Source: Malacoraja senta (taxonomy: Eukaryota). Taken from it: a stretch of DNA of 64,000 bases. Under the pieces are notes generated by a model, which searched no databases, was not told where the DNA came from, and saw only the letters and a program-made list of their open reading frames with translations. Within the stretch, counting starts at the first letter, position 1. Every line of letters starts with the position of its first letter. Positions 49,326 through 62,159 of the stretch are shown here, one piece after another. Made by a program: the position numbers and the translations under genes. The stretch spans positions 5,520,001 through 5,584,000 of the forward strand of contig CM075992.1 in NCBI GenBank assembly GCA_038087875.1. Reading direction: 5' to 3'.

Positions 49326-52137
49326 ACTCCTGTTTCTTTTTGAATGTTGAACAAATGACTGAACGAAAAATAAAAAATAAATAAAACTGAAAACCCTTAA
49401 TGTTGCTGTTAACACATTGGATGAGCAGCACAGTGGCGCAGCGTGTAGAGCCACTGACTCACAGTGCCAAGAAACGTGGGTTGAAGCGTGAACTCATGTG
49501 CTGTCTGTGCGGAGTTTGCACGTTCTCCCTGTGGCCGCATTGGTTCCACCACATCCCAAAGACCCAGGGTGGTAAATTAATTGGCTGCTATATATTGCCC
49601 CTTGTGTGTAGTAGGTATGTGTAGAATCTGTGGGGAATTGGGAGAGAATAAAAGATGGATTAGTGTAAATTGGTGGTTGATAGTCAGTGTGGACTTGGTG
49701 ACCAAAGCGCCTGTTTCCCTGATGTATTTCTCTATCTAACAGACAAGATATCAATGGTATAAATGGCAACTGCAACTTATAATTAAATGTCCAGGAAAGA
49801 TAACTATTATTCTGCAGTCTCTGCAAACATAGGTGGAAATGAATATTTTTACAAGGATTAGCCTCTAATCTTGTGTGGGTATGTGCACGTTAATTTAGAT
49901 GTTTACTGAAAATATTCAAAATTCAAATTAAAGGGATGAACGCAAACTAAATGTATTTATAAGTTTTTTGCAGGAAGCTAAACATAGCTAACCACAGCTG
50001 CCTGTCATGAAAGTTGCTCAGAATTGGATTAAAACGGGATCTTACTTCCTGTAGGTAATGTTTTGCTGTTTCCATTCGACATGTTTTTTTTAGGTTTTTT
50101 TAAATATTTTTAATTATTAGAAGTATTGTACATTGCAGTGATATCAAGCAAAAATAAAATTATACATTTCTTGTACCACTTCTTATTTTTAAACTTTAAA
50201 ATGAAGAAAGATAGAAAGAGTTAGCAAAGATAGTGAGTGAGTGAAAGAGTGGTCCAGGGAAACCCGTAGGACACAAACCCCAAGAAAGAGTTAACAGAAA
50301 ACCAAAGAAAAAGAAAGAAAAAAATAGAGAACAGAGAAAGTAAGATAAGATAAGATAAAAGGGATGTACCAACTCGTATCTTTACACACCTCTCACCAGG
50401 TCCTGAACCATTTATTTTCAACGTTATGTTGCACCTTATGCTTGTAATAAGTCGATAAATGGAGACCAAATCTTTTGGAAATGGTCTGATTTGCCTGCTA
50501 AGAGGAATCTCATGTCTTCCAGGTGTAACAGTTCGGACATATTAGAAATCCACATTTTTAGCGTTGGTGTGGGAGCGTTTTTCCAGAATTTAAGTATACG
50601 TTTTTTTGCCATTATTAAGCCGTAATTAAGGAAGCTCTTTTGGACGAAGTCAAAGCTGGCTTCCATTGTTCCGAAAATAATCAGTTCTGCATTCGCTTTC
50701 AGTTTTATTTTTTAATACTTTCATAAAATTTCAAAGATTTCATTCCAAAATATTTGGATTTTTATAACAAAAAACAAAAGAATGTGCTATAGTTGGCTTC
50801 TTGGGATAGACATTTATCACTAGATGGAAGAGACATTTGGATAAAATTTACTTATTTAGTTTTTGAGTAGTATAGTCTATGTAAAGTTTTAAATTGGATT
50901 AGAATGTGTCTTACATTAATTGAGCATTTGTGCACATACAGCAAGTGTTTATCCCAACCTCTTCTTTCGAGATTTTTATAGCTAGTTCTTGTTCCCAATC
51001 TCTTCTAATTCTATCAGATGATGGTATTCTATATTTAGGATGATATTATACAAGTATGATATTAAATTAGTTGATTCCGCCTTTATATTCATTGCATCGT
51101 CTAATAGGTCTGGAGATAAATTTTGATATTCTTGTGTATATTTTTTCAAATAGTCGACGGAATTTGAAAATATTAAAAATATTGATTACTTCTCAGATTG
51201 TATTTAAGTTGTAGTTGGTGAAATGATAAAAAATTTCCATTATCATACATGTCTCCAAACATTTTAATTCCTAATCTGTCCCAGTATGTAAATGATTTAT
51301 CTATAATAGATGGTTTAACAATGGATTATTAACTATTGGTGAGAGAAGCGAATAGAAACTCCTGTTTCTTTTTGAATGTTGAAGCAAATGACTGAATGAA
51401 AAATGAAAAATTAAAAAAACCTGAAACCCTTAATCTGTTGCTGTTAACACATTGGATGAGCAGCACAGTGGCGCAAGCCGTGTAGAGCCACTGACTCACA
51501 GTGCCAGAGACCTGGGTTGAAGTGTGAACTCATATGCTGTCTGTGCGGAGTTTGCACTGTTCTCCCTGTGGCCGCATTGGTTTCCACCACATCCCAAAGA
51601 CCCACGGGTTGGTAAATTAATTGGCTGCTATATATTGCCCCTTGTGTGTAGCAGGTAAGTGGTAGAATCTGTGGGGAATTGGGAACAATATGAAGAGAAT
51701 AAAAGATGGATTAGTGTAAATTGGTGGTTGATAGTCGGTGTGGACTCGTGACCAAAGTGCCTGTTTCCCTGATGTATTTCTCTATCTAACAGACAAGATA
51801 TCAATTGGTATAATGGCATCTGCAACTTATAATTAAATGTCCAGGAAAGATAAACTATTATCCTGCAGTCTCTGCAAACATAGGTGGAAATTAATATTTT
51901 TACAAGGATTAACTCTAATCTTGTGTGGGTATGTGCACGTTAATTTAGATGTTTACTGAAAAAAATCAAATTCAAATTAAAAGGGATGAACGCAAACTAA
52001 ATGTATTTATATGTTTTTTGCAGGAAGCTAAACATAGCTAACCACTGTTGCCTGTTCATGAAAGTTGCTCATAATTGGGATTAAAACGGATCTTACTTCA
52101 GGTAGGTAATGTTTTGCTGTTTCCATTCGACATGTTT
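49326..52137. repeat. ~770-bp direct duplication (49326-50086 and 51358-52137) flanking the L1
   Basis: Both copies run ACTCCTGTTTCTTTTTGAATG ... TTTCCATTCGACATGTTT and differ mostly by short indels. Confidence 0.93.
50087..51357 (-). mobile_element. 5'-truncated L1-clade LINE (ORF2 C-terminus, 3'UTR, A-rich tail)
   Basis: ORF ...AKKRILKFWKNAPTPTLKMW...FQKIWSPFI and a degraded CCHC-like segment near 50770-50830; T-rich tail on the plus strand at ~50084-50110. Confidence 0.85.
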
Positions 52138-53184
52138 AATGTGTTTTTCCCTTCCATAATTCTTTGTGGCCTGTGGAAGCACAGTTGGAGGCACCCTTGG
52201 GTTCAATAAACCAAGATTTAACCTAATCCACAGATTTAGCATCTTCCAATTATGGTCAGTAGCTTTCGACGAGCGTATGGTCTTGACAAAACTAAGCCCA
52301 TCATTGTCCTCAAAACCAGCTGTTAACAGGCAACTGAAGCATCCTACCACATCTAGAAAGCAGCCCTGAAACAACTCTCTACCTCATTGGTGACCCTCGC
52401 ACTATCTTTGATCGACTCACTGGCTTTATCTTGCACTAAACGTTATTCCCTCATCATGTATCTATACACCGTAAATGGTTCGATTGTAATCATGTATTGT
52501 CTTTCCGCTGACTAGATAGCATGCAACAAAAGCTTTTCACTGTACCTCGGTACACGTGACAACTAAACTACCTTGTGTCGCAGGGCTCTTTGTTGGGTGA
52601 CTCAGGAAATGTTGTACCATCTCCCACTGCTGGAGATGGCGAGGCAAACTGCCTTCCTCTGGATTAATTAACTTGTTGCAAACCAGAATGTCAAGATTTG
52701 TTTCTGTGCCCTCCCCAATAACCTCATCAGAAATTAAATTTAGTTTAGTTTAGTTTAGTTTGGAGAAGCAGCATGGAAACAGCCCCGCAGCCCACTGAAG
52801 GGGTGGGAGATTGCAACCTTCACGTAGTCCACATTGTTTCGAGGAATGCAATCAACCTAGCGTACACAAACAGAAGATCAAACAGAACAAGTTGTCTTAC
52901 AACTTTAGGCTGTGTACGCAAGAAGAAGAAGAAGCCGGCTGAATCCACGCCAACCATCAATCGTCCGTTCACACTAGTTCTATGTGAGCCCACTTTCCCA
53001 TCCAGTCCCTACACCTTAGAGGCAAATTTTACAGAAACCGCACGTCTTTGGGATGTGGGTGGAATCCAGAACACCTGGAGGAAATCCTCGCGGTCACTGG
53101 GAGAACGTACAACCCTCACACAGATAGCACCCGGGGTCAGTAATGAACTGACACTGTGTCTCTGGCACTGTGAGGCAGCAGCTT

Positions 53185-53498
53185 AGTTTAGTTTAGTTTA
53201 GAGATACAGGGCGGAAACAGGCCCTTCGGCCCACCGAGTCCGCACCGACCAGCAATCCCCGCACACTAACACTATCCTACACACACTAGGGTCAATTTTA
53301 CACATACACCAAGCCATTTAACCTACAAACCTGTACGTTTTTGGAGTGTGGGAGGAAACCGAAGATCTCAGAGAAAACCCACGGGGTCAGGGGGAGAACG
53401 TACAAACTCTGTACAGACAGCACCCGTAGTCATGATCGAACCCGGGTCTCCGGAGCTACAAGCGCTGCAAGGCAGCAACTCTACCGCTGCGCCACCGT
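53185..53498 (-). mobile_element. V-SINE/HE1-like SINE, full length with (TAAAC)n tail
   Basis: Reverse complement of the 8661-8972 family; tail reads TTTAG repeats on the plus strand. Confidence 0.85.
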
Positions 53499-54876
53499 AA
53501 TTGCCCCAGACGCACCACTGTGCCACCCACGCCATTCTTCCAAAAGTTTTCAAATTCCCTTCTAGTCCCTAAATGTTTCAGTCTTTTTATCCTGTAATAG
53601 ATGAACAAATTAAGGCTCAATTACACTTCTGTGGGAGTTGGGATTAGAGTCACTGGCCAGTCTGGGTTAAAATTGCATAGTTCTTTCCCCAAACCACATT
53701 TTTGAACTGGGTGGGATTTTCTGATGGTAAAATAGTTTCATGTTTACCATTCCTTGTATTAGGTTACATTTAGGTTTATTGAACTAACCAAAGTTACATT
53801 TTCCAACTACCTTGGTGTAATTTGAAATTAACTGCGGCTTCAGGATCATCAGTCAAAACAACCTCAAACTGTGGTATCCATGTTCAAATTCCTAAAGGCA
53901 TTGAAGGAGCAACATGGAAAGGAGAGAAGGTAGGGAATTTTCTCCACTGCAAAGGTGTTTAACACAAGAGGTCATTGGCTTAGTGTAAGGGATAAGAGGC
54001 TTAGAGATGTTCTGAGGATTTTCTCATCTTGGTTTTTTGCGTGGACAGAATCAGACAAGAACTGATCTCGCACTTCCTTCGGTAGGACTGAATCAGAGGG
54101 GATTAAAGCCAAAACAGCATTCTCATTCCCGATTACTAACCAGCGGCCTTGCCTGAAAATCCAAGTGTACAGAAGCCTGAAAGCAGTGACAATCAGGTTC
54201 AACAACAGCTTCTGCCCAGCAACATCAAGCTCTTGAACACTACACAACTCAGCAACTACGAACTTCTATGGACGTTCTTGGTTGCACGACAGACTTCGGC
54301 TTCTGCACTATTAGGGTTACCTAGTATTATGGTTGGATTGTTGGATTATTGTATTTTTTTAATCTGAGCGTATTGCATTTACAGGCCTGTTAAGCTGCTA
54401 CAAATAAAAATGTCCATGTTCTGTTGTCAATAAATATGACAATTAAACAATCTTGCCTCTTGAGTTCCACACTTACAATGCCTTCTGTGCAAAGAACTTT
54501 GTACTAAACTAACAATTGGATACATTATTCATTCTTCAATAAATTTGGGGATTTTTGAACCAGAAACAAATATCCATGGCAGAGAAAGACATGAAAGACC
54601 TCAATGAGACCATAGGTCTACCAGAAAGGAGAATTGAAGAAATTTATGAAACACAATTAGGAGGTGATGATCTGGATCCCAAGGTTTTGAAAATTAAGGC
54701 TGATTGTTATCCTTCAAAACACAATAGACCCTTGAATGGTTCCTTCAGTTTGGAAAGTAGCAAAGAACACCCCACTATATCAGAAAGGAGATGGAGAAAC
54801 TGGGGGAACTTCAGATTAGTTGCTCTAACATTAGCAGGGAGAGTGCTAGAATCTATAATTAAGGAAGTGTTAACAG

Positions 54877-55630
54877 TTTGGAGAAACTGTATGGTATGTA
54901 GGTATAGCCTCCGAGAATGTCGGATGGAGTTTTGTAAGGATCATGTATTGTATATATACATTTCTCGAATAAAGTATATTTTGAAATATTTTTTTAAAAA
55001 TCCTTTTGGCTAAGATCAAGTGTAGTTTTGGAGTTTTGTAAAGCCCCTGTCCCACTTTCACGACCTAATTGGCGACCTCTGCCGAGTTTGCCCTTGACTC
55101 ATACTCGCAGCATGGTCGCCACGAGGTCGTAGGAGGTCTTCGTAACTCTTCCTCATGCTCGTGAGTGGTCTCCGCGTACTCGTGGCCTCAAGTAGGTCGC
55201 GGCGTTTTTTCCAGCCAGATAAAAAATGTCCACGAGTAAAAAAAAAAGGTCGGCATGGAAAAAATTGATACTTTTTACTCATAGGTAGGTCGTAGTAGGT
55301 CATGATGGTAGTCGTAGGTAGTCGTAGGTCGGTAACTGGCCCGAGAAGAAAAATGCAAACATGACATAATTTTATCATGTGACCATTTCCACTCGTAGCT
55401 AGTCGTAGTTGGTCTTAGGTGTGGAAGACTGAGGTCGAGGGGAGTCGTAGGTCGTAGACATAGGCGTAGGTCTTTTACTTCGGCGAGTCAACACGACCTT
55501 GACATTTTTTTCAACTCGCCTAGGGTCTTCTAAACTCGTGGATTAGGTCTTCCAAGTGGGACAGGCCTTTAAGGATCATGTACTGTTTATATTTATTTCT
55601 CAAATAAAATCTATTTTAAAATTTTAAAAA
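54877..55630 (+). mobile_element. Composite of two tandem Tx1/Keno-like 3' ends separated by a U2 fragment (second end split by a MITE)
   Basis: GAGTTTTGTAAGGATCATGTA...TTTCTC.AATAAA..TATTTT occurs twice; 8-bp TSD GTTAACAG at 54869-54876 and 55631-55638 within an old CR1 fragment. Confidence 0.65.
55002..55026 (+). pseudogene. U2 snRNA fragment (nt 13-37)
   Basis: CCTTTTGGCTAAGATCAAGTGTAGT is an exact 25-nt match to the conserved U2 5' region as recalled; the rest of U2 is absent. Confidence 0.88.
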
Positions 55631-57720
55631 GTTAACAGGACAGTTAGAAAATAATAATAGAATATGGCAGAGCAAACATGGAGTTAAATCATAAAATCAC
55701 ATTTCACATACATGCTAAATTTTGTTTTGAAGTTGCAATGAGTAGAAAACAGTGGATGAAGTGTATTTGGACTTTCAGAAGCCCGATGAAGAGGTATCAC
55801 ACAGAGTGGGATTATTGTGCTGGCATGGATGAGGGATTGGATAAGGGACACCAGGAGGTAGGAAAGAACAGGACATTTTCCAGTTCAGAGCCTATGGCAA
55901 GTGAGTTCCCCAGTTATACACAATCTATGTATAGAATGAATCACATGAGAGGTTAAGGGAAATAGGCAAAGGCATGGCGCATGGGATATGATGTGACAAC
56001 AAATTTCCTCACAGCAAGATGTGTTGTAATATATAAAAGTTTGCTAATGATGCACAGCTTAATGCTGGTGTTCAAATGGAGCGTTTTATTGTCAAATGCA
56101 CAATGAAATTCTTACTCGCAGCAGCACAACAGGGTTATAAACACAATACTCAATAGTTAATAGAACAAACAAAAAATAAAAAAAATAAAAAGAAACCCAA
56201 TGTGGTGCAAAAACAAAACAAAGCCCGAAGTCCCTCGTGCAACCAAGGCAGTTCGTAGTTTAGTTGGAGTTCGACATAAAAAGCTGGAGTAATTCAACGG
56301 GTGAGGCAGCATCTCTGGAGAGAAGGAATGGGTGACGTTTCGAGTCGAGACCCTTCTTCAGACTGAGTTCTGTTGCAGTTGGAGTTCGTTGTGTTCAATA
56401 GTCTGGTGGTTTTGGGAAGAAGCTGATCCTGAACCGGAACATAACAGTTTTTAGACTCCTGTACCTTTTTCCCAGATGGTGGGACTGAAATGAGAGCATG
56501 GCAAGGGTGGTGTGGGTCCTAGATGATGCTGGCTGCATTTCTGAGACAACGCCTCATATAAATCTCTTCGATGGAGGGGAGGTCAGTACCCGTGACGAAT
56601 TGATCAATGTCCACCACTTTAATCTCCTTCGTTCCTGGGCTTGTTGAAGTTCGAGTAGCTGAACTGGGCTGTCATGCAACCAGTCAATATGTGTTTTTTG
56701 TGAGAAGGATGCAGAGAGAATTTAAAGAGGGGACTGCGGGGCGATAAGTACATGAAGGCAGGTGAAATATAACATGGAGGTATACGGGGATATCCAGTTT
56801 GGTGTACCCCTGGTTTGAAAAGCTGCAGCAATCAAGATAAATCATTTTACATAAAGTGAAGTCCTTTTACATGACAGATCTTTAATGTGGCCTGGCAGAC
56901 CATACTACAGCTGAAGACAATCCACCAGTAATTTGGCATTTTGGAGAGATTGGGGATAGGAACGTTTTAGGTTTAGCCAATGATGCACACTGACTGAGAA
57001 ACTTTAAAATAGTGACCACCATATGAAACATAGTTATGGTAAATATAAGGAAGGAAAAACAGGTTGACAACAAATAAAAAGGTTTTTACATTTACCATGC
57101 AAAACACAAAGTGCTGGAGAAACTCAACATGTCGGGCAACATCTGTGGAGGGAATTAACAGATGATGTTTCGGCTTGCTCAGATTGGGTCCCTCCACTGA
57201 TACTGCCTGATCCTCTGTGTTCCTCCAGCATTTTGTGTTTGTCTCAAGATTTCAGCATCTGCAGTTCCTTTTGTGACTCCACATACATATAGGGTCATGT
57301 TCACATTCAAAGAGATGCCTACTCCACTTTAATTACATCATAACTGGAAACAAGGCAACAGTCCTCAATTAACTAACATTAATAAAACCCACAAAATAAG
57401 TTCAAGAGGAACTTAATTCAATTTAACATTTAAATTCAATTGACCAATATATAAAAGATCACGGTCTGAAGGTCCATGCATGCAGATTGTCCAACTCAGA
57501 CAGCATCGTATTTTTCAAGAGGTTAAGTCCAAATGCCAATATCTTTTCTTCCCTCTTTGAGAATAGTCTGCTTAAAATTTCACAGCTGGTATTCAGTCTC
57601 CAGCTGAGGGGATGAGGCATCCTTCAGTCAATAACTATCTGTGACGCCATTTTGATTCAAGGCTGGGTGTACATTGATGGGGGAGGGTTACAAAAGGGGA
57701 GCAAGATGGCCGAGCCATGT

Positions 57721-57858
57721 TTAGGCGTCTTCCTCCTCTTCCTCGTCCTGTGAGGAGCCGGCTCTGTTGGAGGTTACTGCCGCAAGCTGTGCCTGCTGAG
57801 CAGCCTGTTGCACCTCCAGCCACTCCTGCTGCGCCAGTTCAGTCTGCTGCTGTCGAGC
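57721..57858 (-). CDS. DR1: DR1-like coding exon 3 (ARQQQTELAQQEWLEVQQAAQQAQLAAVTSNRAGSSQDEEEEEDA*)
   Basis: TTTTCCCTCAG acceptor, Q/A-rich and acidic C-terminus typical of DR1, TAA stop at 57723-57721. Spliced CDS is 223+164+138=525 nt (174 aa). Confidence 0.95.
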   Translation of the reverse strand, partial: ARQQQTELAQQEWLEVQQAAQQAQLAAVTSNRAGSSQDEEEEEDA

Positions 57859-58936
57859 CTGAGGGAAAATGGACACAATCAGGCCGGTTCAAAACAGAGA
57901 TCCCTCGCTGCAGCTCTGGGGTGGATGTGGCGATTCGTGATGATCGACGGAATGAATGGGAGAGGTTTTGAGGGATAAGGATCAAATGCAGGCAAATGGG
58001 ATTATCAAGGATGGGCATCTTGCTTGGCATAGAAACATAGAAAATAGGTGCAGAAGTAGGCCATTTGGCCCTTCGATTCAATATGATCATGGCTGATCAT
58101 CCAAAATCCGTACCCCGTTCCTGATTTCACCCCATATCCCTTGATTCCGTTAGCCCTAAGAGCTGTGTCTAACTCTCTCTTGAATACAGCATAGACGAGC
58201 TGGGCCCGCAACATGCAGGATGAGGAAGAGCTATTAAACGCTACAACCTCCAAATAAGCTCTGAACTACATGGACTTGAGGGCAGAGATTTTATCTTTTT
58301 GCACTATTATTGTTTGTTTTTATGTGTGTATGTATGTGTGTGTGTGTATGTGTATATATATATATATATAATGAACTTTTTTTTTCATTTATTACATCGT
58401 GTACAGAGTACTATGTCTACTGTGCTGCTGCAAGTAAGAATGTTATTGTTCTGTTTGGGACAAATGACAATAAAACCCTCTTGACTCTTGACAAACTGAG
58501 GGAATGCTGCACAATCAGAGGAGCCATCTTCTGGAAAACACACGAGATCCCTTGGCGCTACTTTGATTCGGAGCAAGAGAGTTCTTCCTGCTGTTCTGCA
58601 TATTGGTCCTCCACCAACATCAGTGTACCAGATTATCTGTTCATTAACTCATTAACTGTTTGTGAGAACTTGATTTATAGAATTTGATTGTTGGATTTCT
58701 TAGATTTCATCTTCGAACGCATTCAATTGAATATAAATTATTCTGGGATGTCCCAAGGCTATGAAAGATCTCTTTATGAAGTTCACAAAATTCTCATTTG
58801 GTCACACAGCGGTTGCCGTTAATAGATTAGACAGCACTAAAAATAAATCTGATTCCATCCTCATCTCAAATCTACTTAGCATCTAATTCCTCGCAACATT
58901 TTCACCTACATGGGGTTTATAAGCCTCTCAAACTAG

Positions 58937-59235
58937 GGATGGCACGGTGGCACAGTAGTAGAGTTGCTGCCTTACAGCGCCAGGGACCCAGGTTCAATCC
59001 TGACCTCGGGTGCTGTTGTACACAGTTTGTACGCTCTCCCTGTGACCACGTAGATTTTCTCTGGGTGCTCCAGCTTCCTCCCACATTCCAAAGACGTACA
59101 GGTTTGTAGGTTAATTGGCTTCGGTAAAAAATGTAAAATTGTCCTTAGTTTGTAGGATAGTGTTAGGGGGATCGCTGGTCGTCGTGGATTCAGTGGCCCA
59201 AAGGACCTGTTTCCACATTGTATTTCTAGAGTTTA
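58937..59235 (+). mobile_element. V-SINE/HE1-like SINE in DR1 intron 2
   Basis: Same head, core and tail as the other copies. Confidence 0.8.
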
Positions 59236-61789
59236 AAACTAGGGAGTTGAACAAAATCTGTGGCAGCACCAGTGTGAGCCAACCATTGCACAACACTGTC
59301 CGTTCATTATACAAGCACCCCAATTAAAATGACCTCGACAGCAAAATGTAGGTCAAGCTGACCAGACAGGGATCAGGAATCAATCAGTTCAAAGCAACAT
59401 TTCAACAATGAGCTTCATAAACAAACTGTGTGGTATGTGGCACCTAGCAATAACTGAGACAGCACAGTCAACATTTGCACCCAAGAACTGGTCATGAATT
59501 TGAGAGTCGATAGCTCCAGCCAAACCAAAGACGGAAAAGCGACTATTCATATAACAAAACACAAAGTCCTGGAGTAACTCAGCGGGACAGGCAGCATCTC
59601 TGGAGATGAAAAGGAGACAAAAGAGTGTCAGATAAGGAGAGGGATGAAATACAAAGCTAGAGGGAGGGCTATAGGTAGAATAAGGGGGAGGGAAAAGAGG
59701 GACGGGATAGTGGGAGAAATGGGTGTGCACTGGATGGGAGTGTACAGGAGGCCACTTCAATCAAATGGCTGTGTGGCATTGTCAATCTAAAATGAAGAGG
59801 AAAATAAATTTACCATATTTGCTTCACCAGTTTTTAACCATATATAAATAAGTTGGAAATAAATAAATTTCTGGCCCCATGTAGCACAGCTAATGTCTTG
59901 GCAAGAATAGACTTGAGGTTGCCTTACTGTAAGTATATGTGGTTGACTCAGCAAAATGAGAGGCAATAGCAGCTAGCAGTGATGACAATGTTTGTTGACT
60001 CCAGAGAGTCTGGCCGCTGGGTGGAAAATAGAATTAGAAGAAATGTAAACAGCCACAGTCCTAATCAGTACCCATGATGTTGTAGATTTACACAAAATGC
60101 TGGAGCAAAACCCCTGTCCCACGGTACGAGTTCATTCCAAGAGCTCTCCTGAGTTTGCCCTGATTCGAACTCGGAGATTTACGGTAACGGCCACTCGTCG
60201 GTACTCGGGGGTCTCGTGGACATTTTTCATCATGTTGAAAAATCTTCACGAGTTTTCCCGTGCTTACTTGCTGTTAGCGAGTCTTCCCGAGTACCTGCCG
60301 TTAGCGTTACGAGCCGCTAACAGACGTCCCCGAACTCCGACGTACCCGCTACGTTCATTCTCCGTGCTTACCACGAGTTTGATTTATTTTTTAACTCGGG
60401 AGAGCTCTTGGAATAAACTCGCACCGTGGGACAGGGCTATCACTCAGCGGGACAGACAGCATCCTGAGAGAGAAGAAATGGGTGAGGTTTTGGATGCAGC
60501 CTTTCCCGCTGAGTTATTCCATCATTTTGTGTTTATCTTTGGCGTAAACCAGCATCTGCAGCTCCTTCCTCACCAGGATATTGCAGTTTGCTGTTACAGC
60601 ATGATTAAATGGAAATGAAAAAGAGTGAAGAACTGATTTACCAGAATGTGTCTGGGATAGCTGAACATTTGTGTTATGTATGTGAAGATCTGTGATTGTC
60701 TTCCATTGACTGTGAGACTAATACTGAGAGACTAAATTCAATTACTCAGAATTAATAAGTGCTTTGATAAGTGTATTGCGAGAGGATACAGATTTACGCC
60801 AATTGGCGAAAGAAACCCAGAAGATATGAGCCAATTTTGTTTGGCCCAGCGAGATATGATCAGCAATATCTGAGACGGTGATGGAAGGAGAGTCAATGAA
60901 AGCGAGTTTATTGGCCTCTATAAACTGCCTGTAGATGAGAAATTGAGGTGACATAAAACTAGTGTGAACAGGTGATCTATGGCTGGCATGGACACGTGGT
61001 GGTCTGGAGGGCCTGTTTCCATGCTGTATCTTTCAATCGAATGATCAGTACAATGGAGAAGAGCGAGGGAATGAAACTATCTGGAGAGTTCCTTCACAGC
61101 TACAGGTCAAATGGCCTTCTCCTGAACCATACCATATTATGAAATCACTCTTCACCAATCTTTATTCCCAGAGGAAACCACTGATAATGCAAGGATGACA
61201 AACACCTCCACAAACATAGTTCATGGAGGAACTCATTTGGCAGGTTTTGCTCCCACTGAGAACTAAGATGGGAAGTATAGAAAAACAGCACGCAATACAA
61301 GCAAATCAGTTGGAGATAAGATAATGGAAATATCAAACAATATTTATATCAAAATATAAAGAAAACATCAAACTAAATCAAGCTTAGGTTTTATAACTAT
61401 TTTTTTACTAGAAAGGGAAGGTGGACTTCCATCACCCCGGCGAGAGGGCCTGAACATCGGGACTGCGGAGGGCTCGGGGAGGCCCCGACCACGAGTGAAC
61501 ATCAGGAACATTAGAAGATGACTGACTTTGGTGCCTTGCCTCACAGTTGGAAACATTTGATTCTGCTGTGTGGGGATGTTTTATGTTGAACTCTATCGTG
61601 TGTTGTGTTCTTTATTTTTAGTGTATGGCTGTATGGTGATCACATTTCACTGTGCCAACTGGCACATGTGACAAATAAATGTATCTTGAATCTTGAATCT
61701 TGGCAAAGAATGTCAGTTGTGAGATTTGATTAAAATAAAACTAAATGGAGAAGAAACAAGTCTCTTATGCCTCAAAGTGGAGTACTTAC

Positions 61790-61953
61790 CTTTGCAAATA
61801 ATTCTTGCTGCTGACGTAACAGTTCCTCCTCAGGGATCCCCAGCTTCTCGAGACGAGAGTTGGCTTTCCTCCTTTCGAGGGCGACTGTCTTGCATTCTTG
61901 TAGAACCTCCTTGACTTCAGTTATGTACGATCCAAAGCCTAAACTTTCCAAAG
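61790..61953 (-). CDS. DR1: DR1-like coding exon 2 (ALESLGFGSYITEVKEVLQECKTVALERRKANSRLEKLGIPEEELLRQQQELFAK)
   Basis: 164-bp exon with a CAG acceptor and AAG|GTAAGT donor; phases match the flanking exons; translation matches the DR1 middle region. Confidence 0.95.
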
Positions 61954-62159
61954 CTGTGTTCCAAGATAATAATAAAAACTTTTGACGTTCTTACGGACAA
62001 CGAGAATTTGCGCCGAGTTAAAATTATTGACAATTAATTTACATGTAACCGTCCAGTTTCAAAATATTCCTATTCGTCAGAGTGAATGTTAACCAAGGGA
62101 ACAGGAGAACTTCATCCAGCGCACGGCACCACAGGGAAATTCCAACACCAACCAAAAGT

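Noticed and set aside
55002..55026. Functional U2 snRNA gene
   Set aside because: Only 25 nt match; no Sm site, remaining stem-loops or recognisable snRNA promoter.
57717..57971. 84-aa plus-strand ORF
   Set aside because: Antisense shadow of DR1 exon 3.
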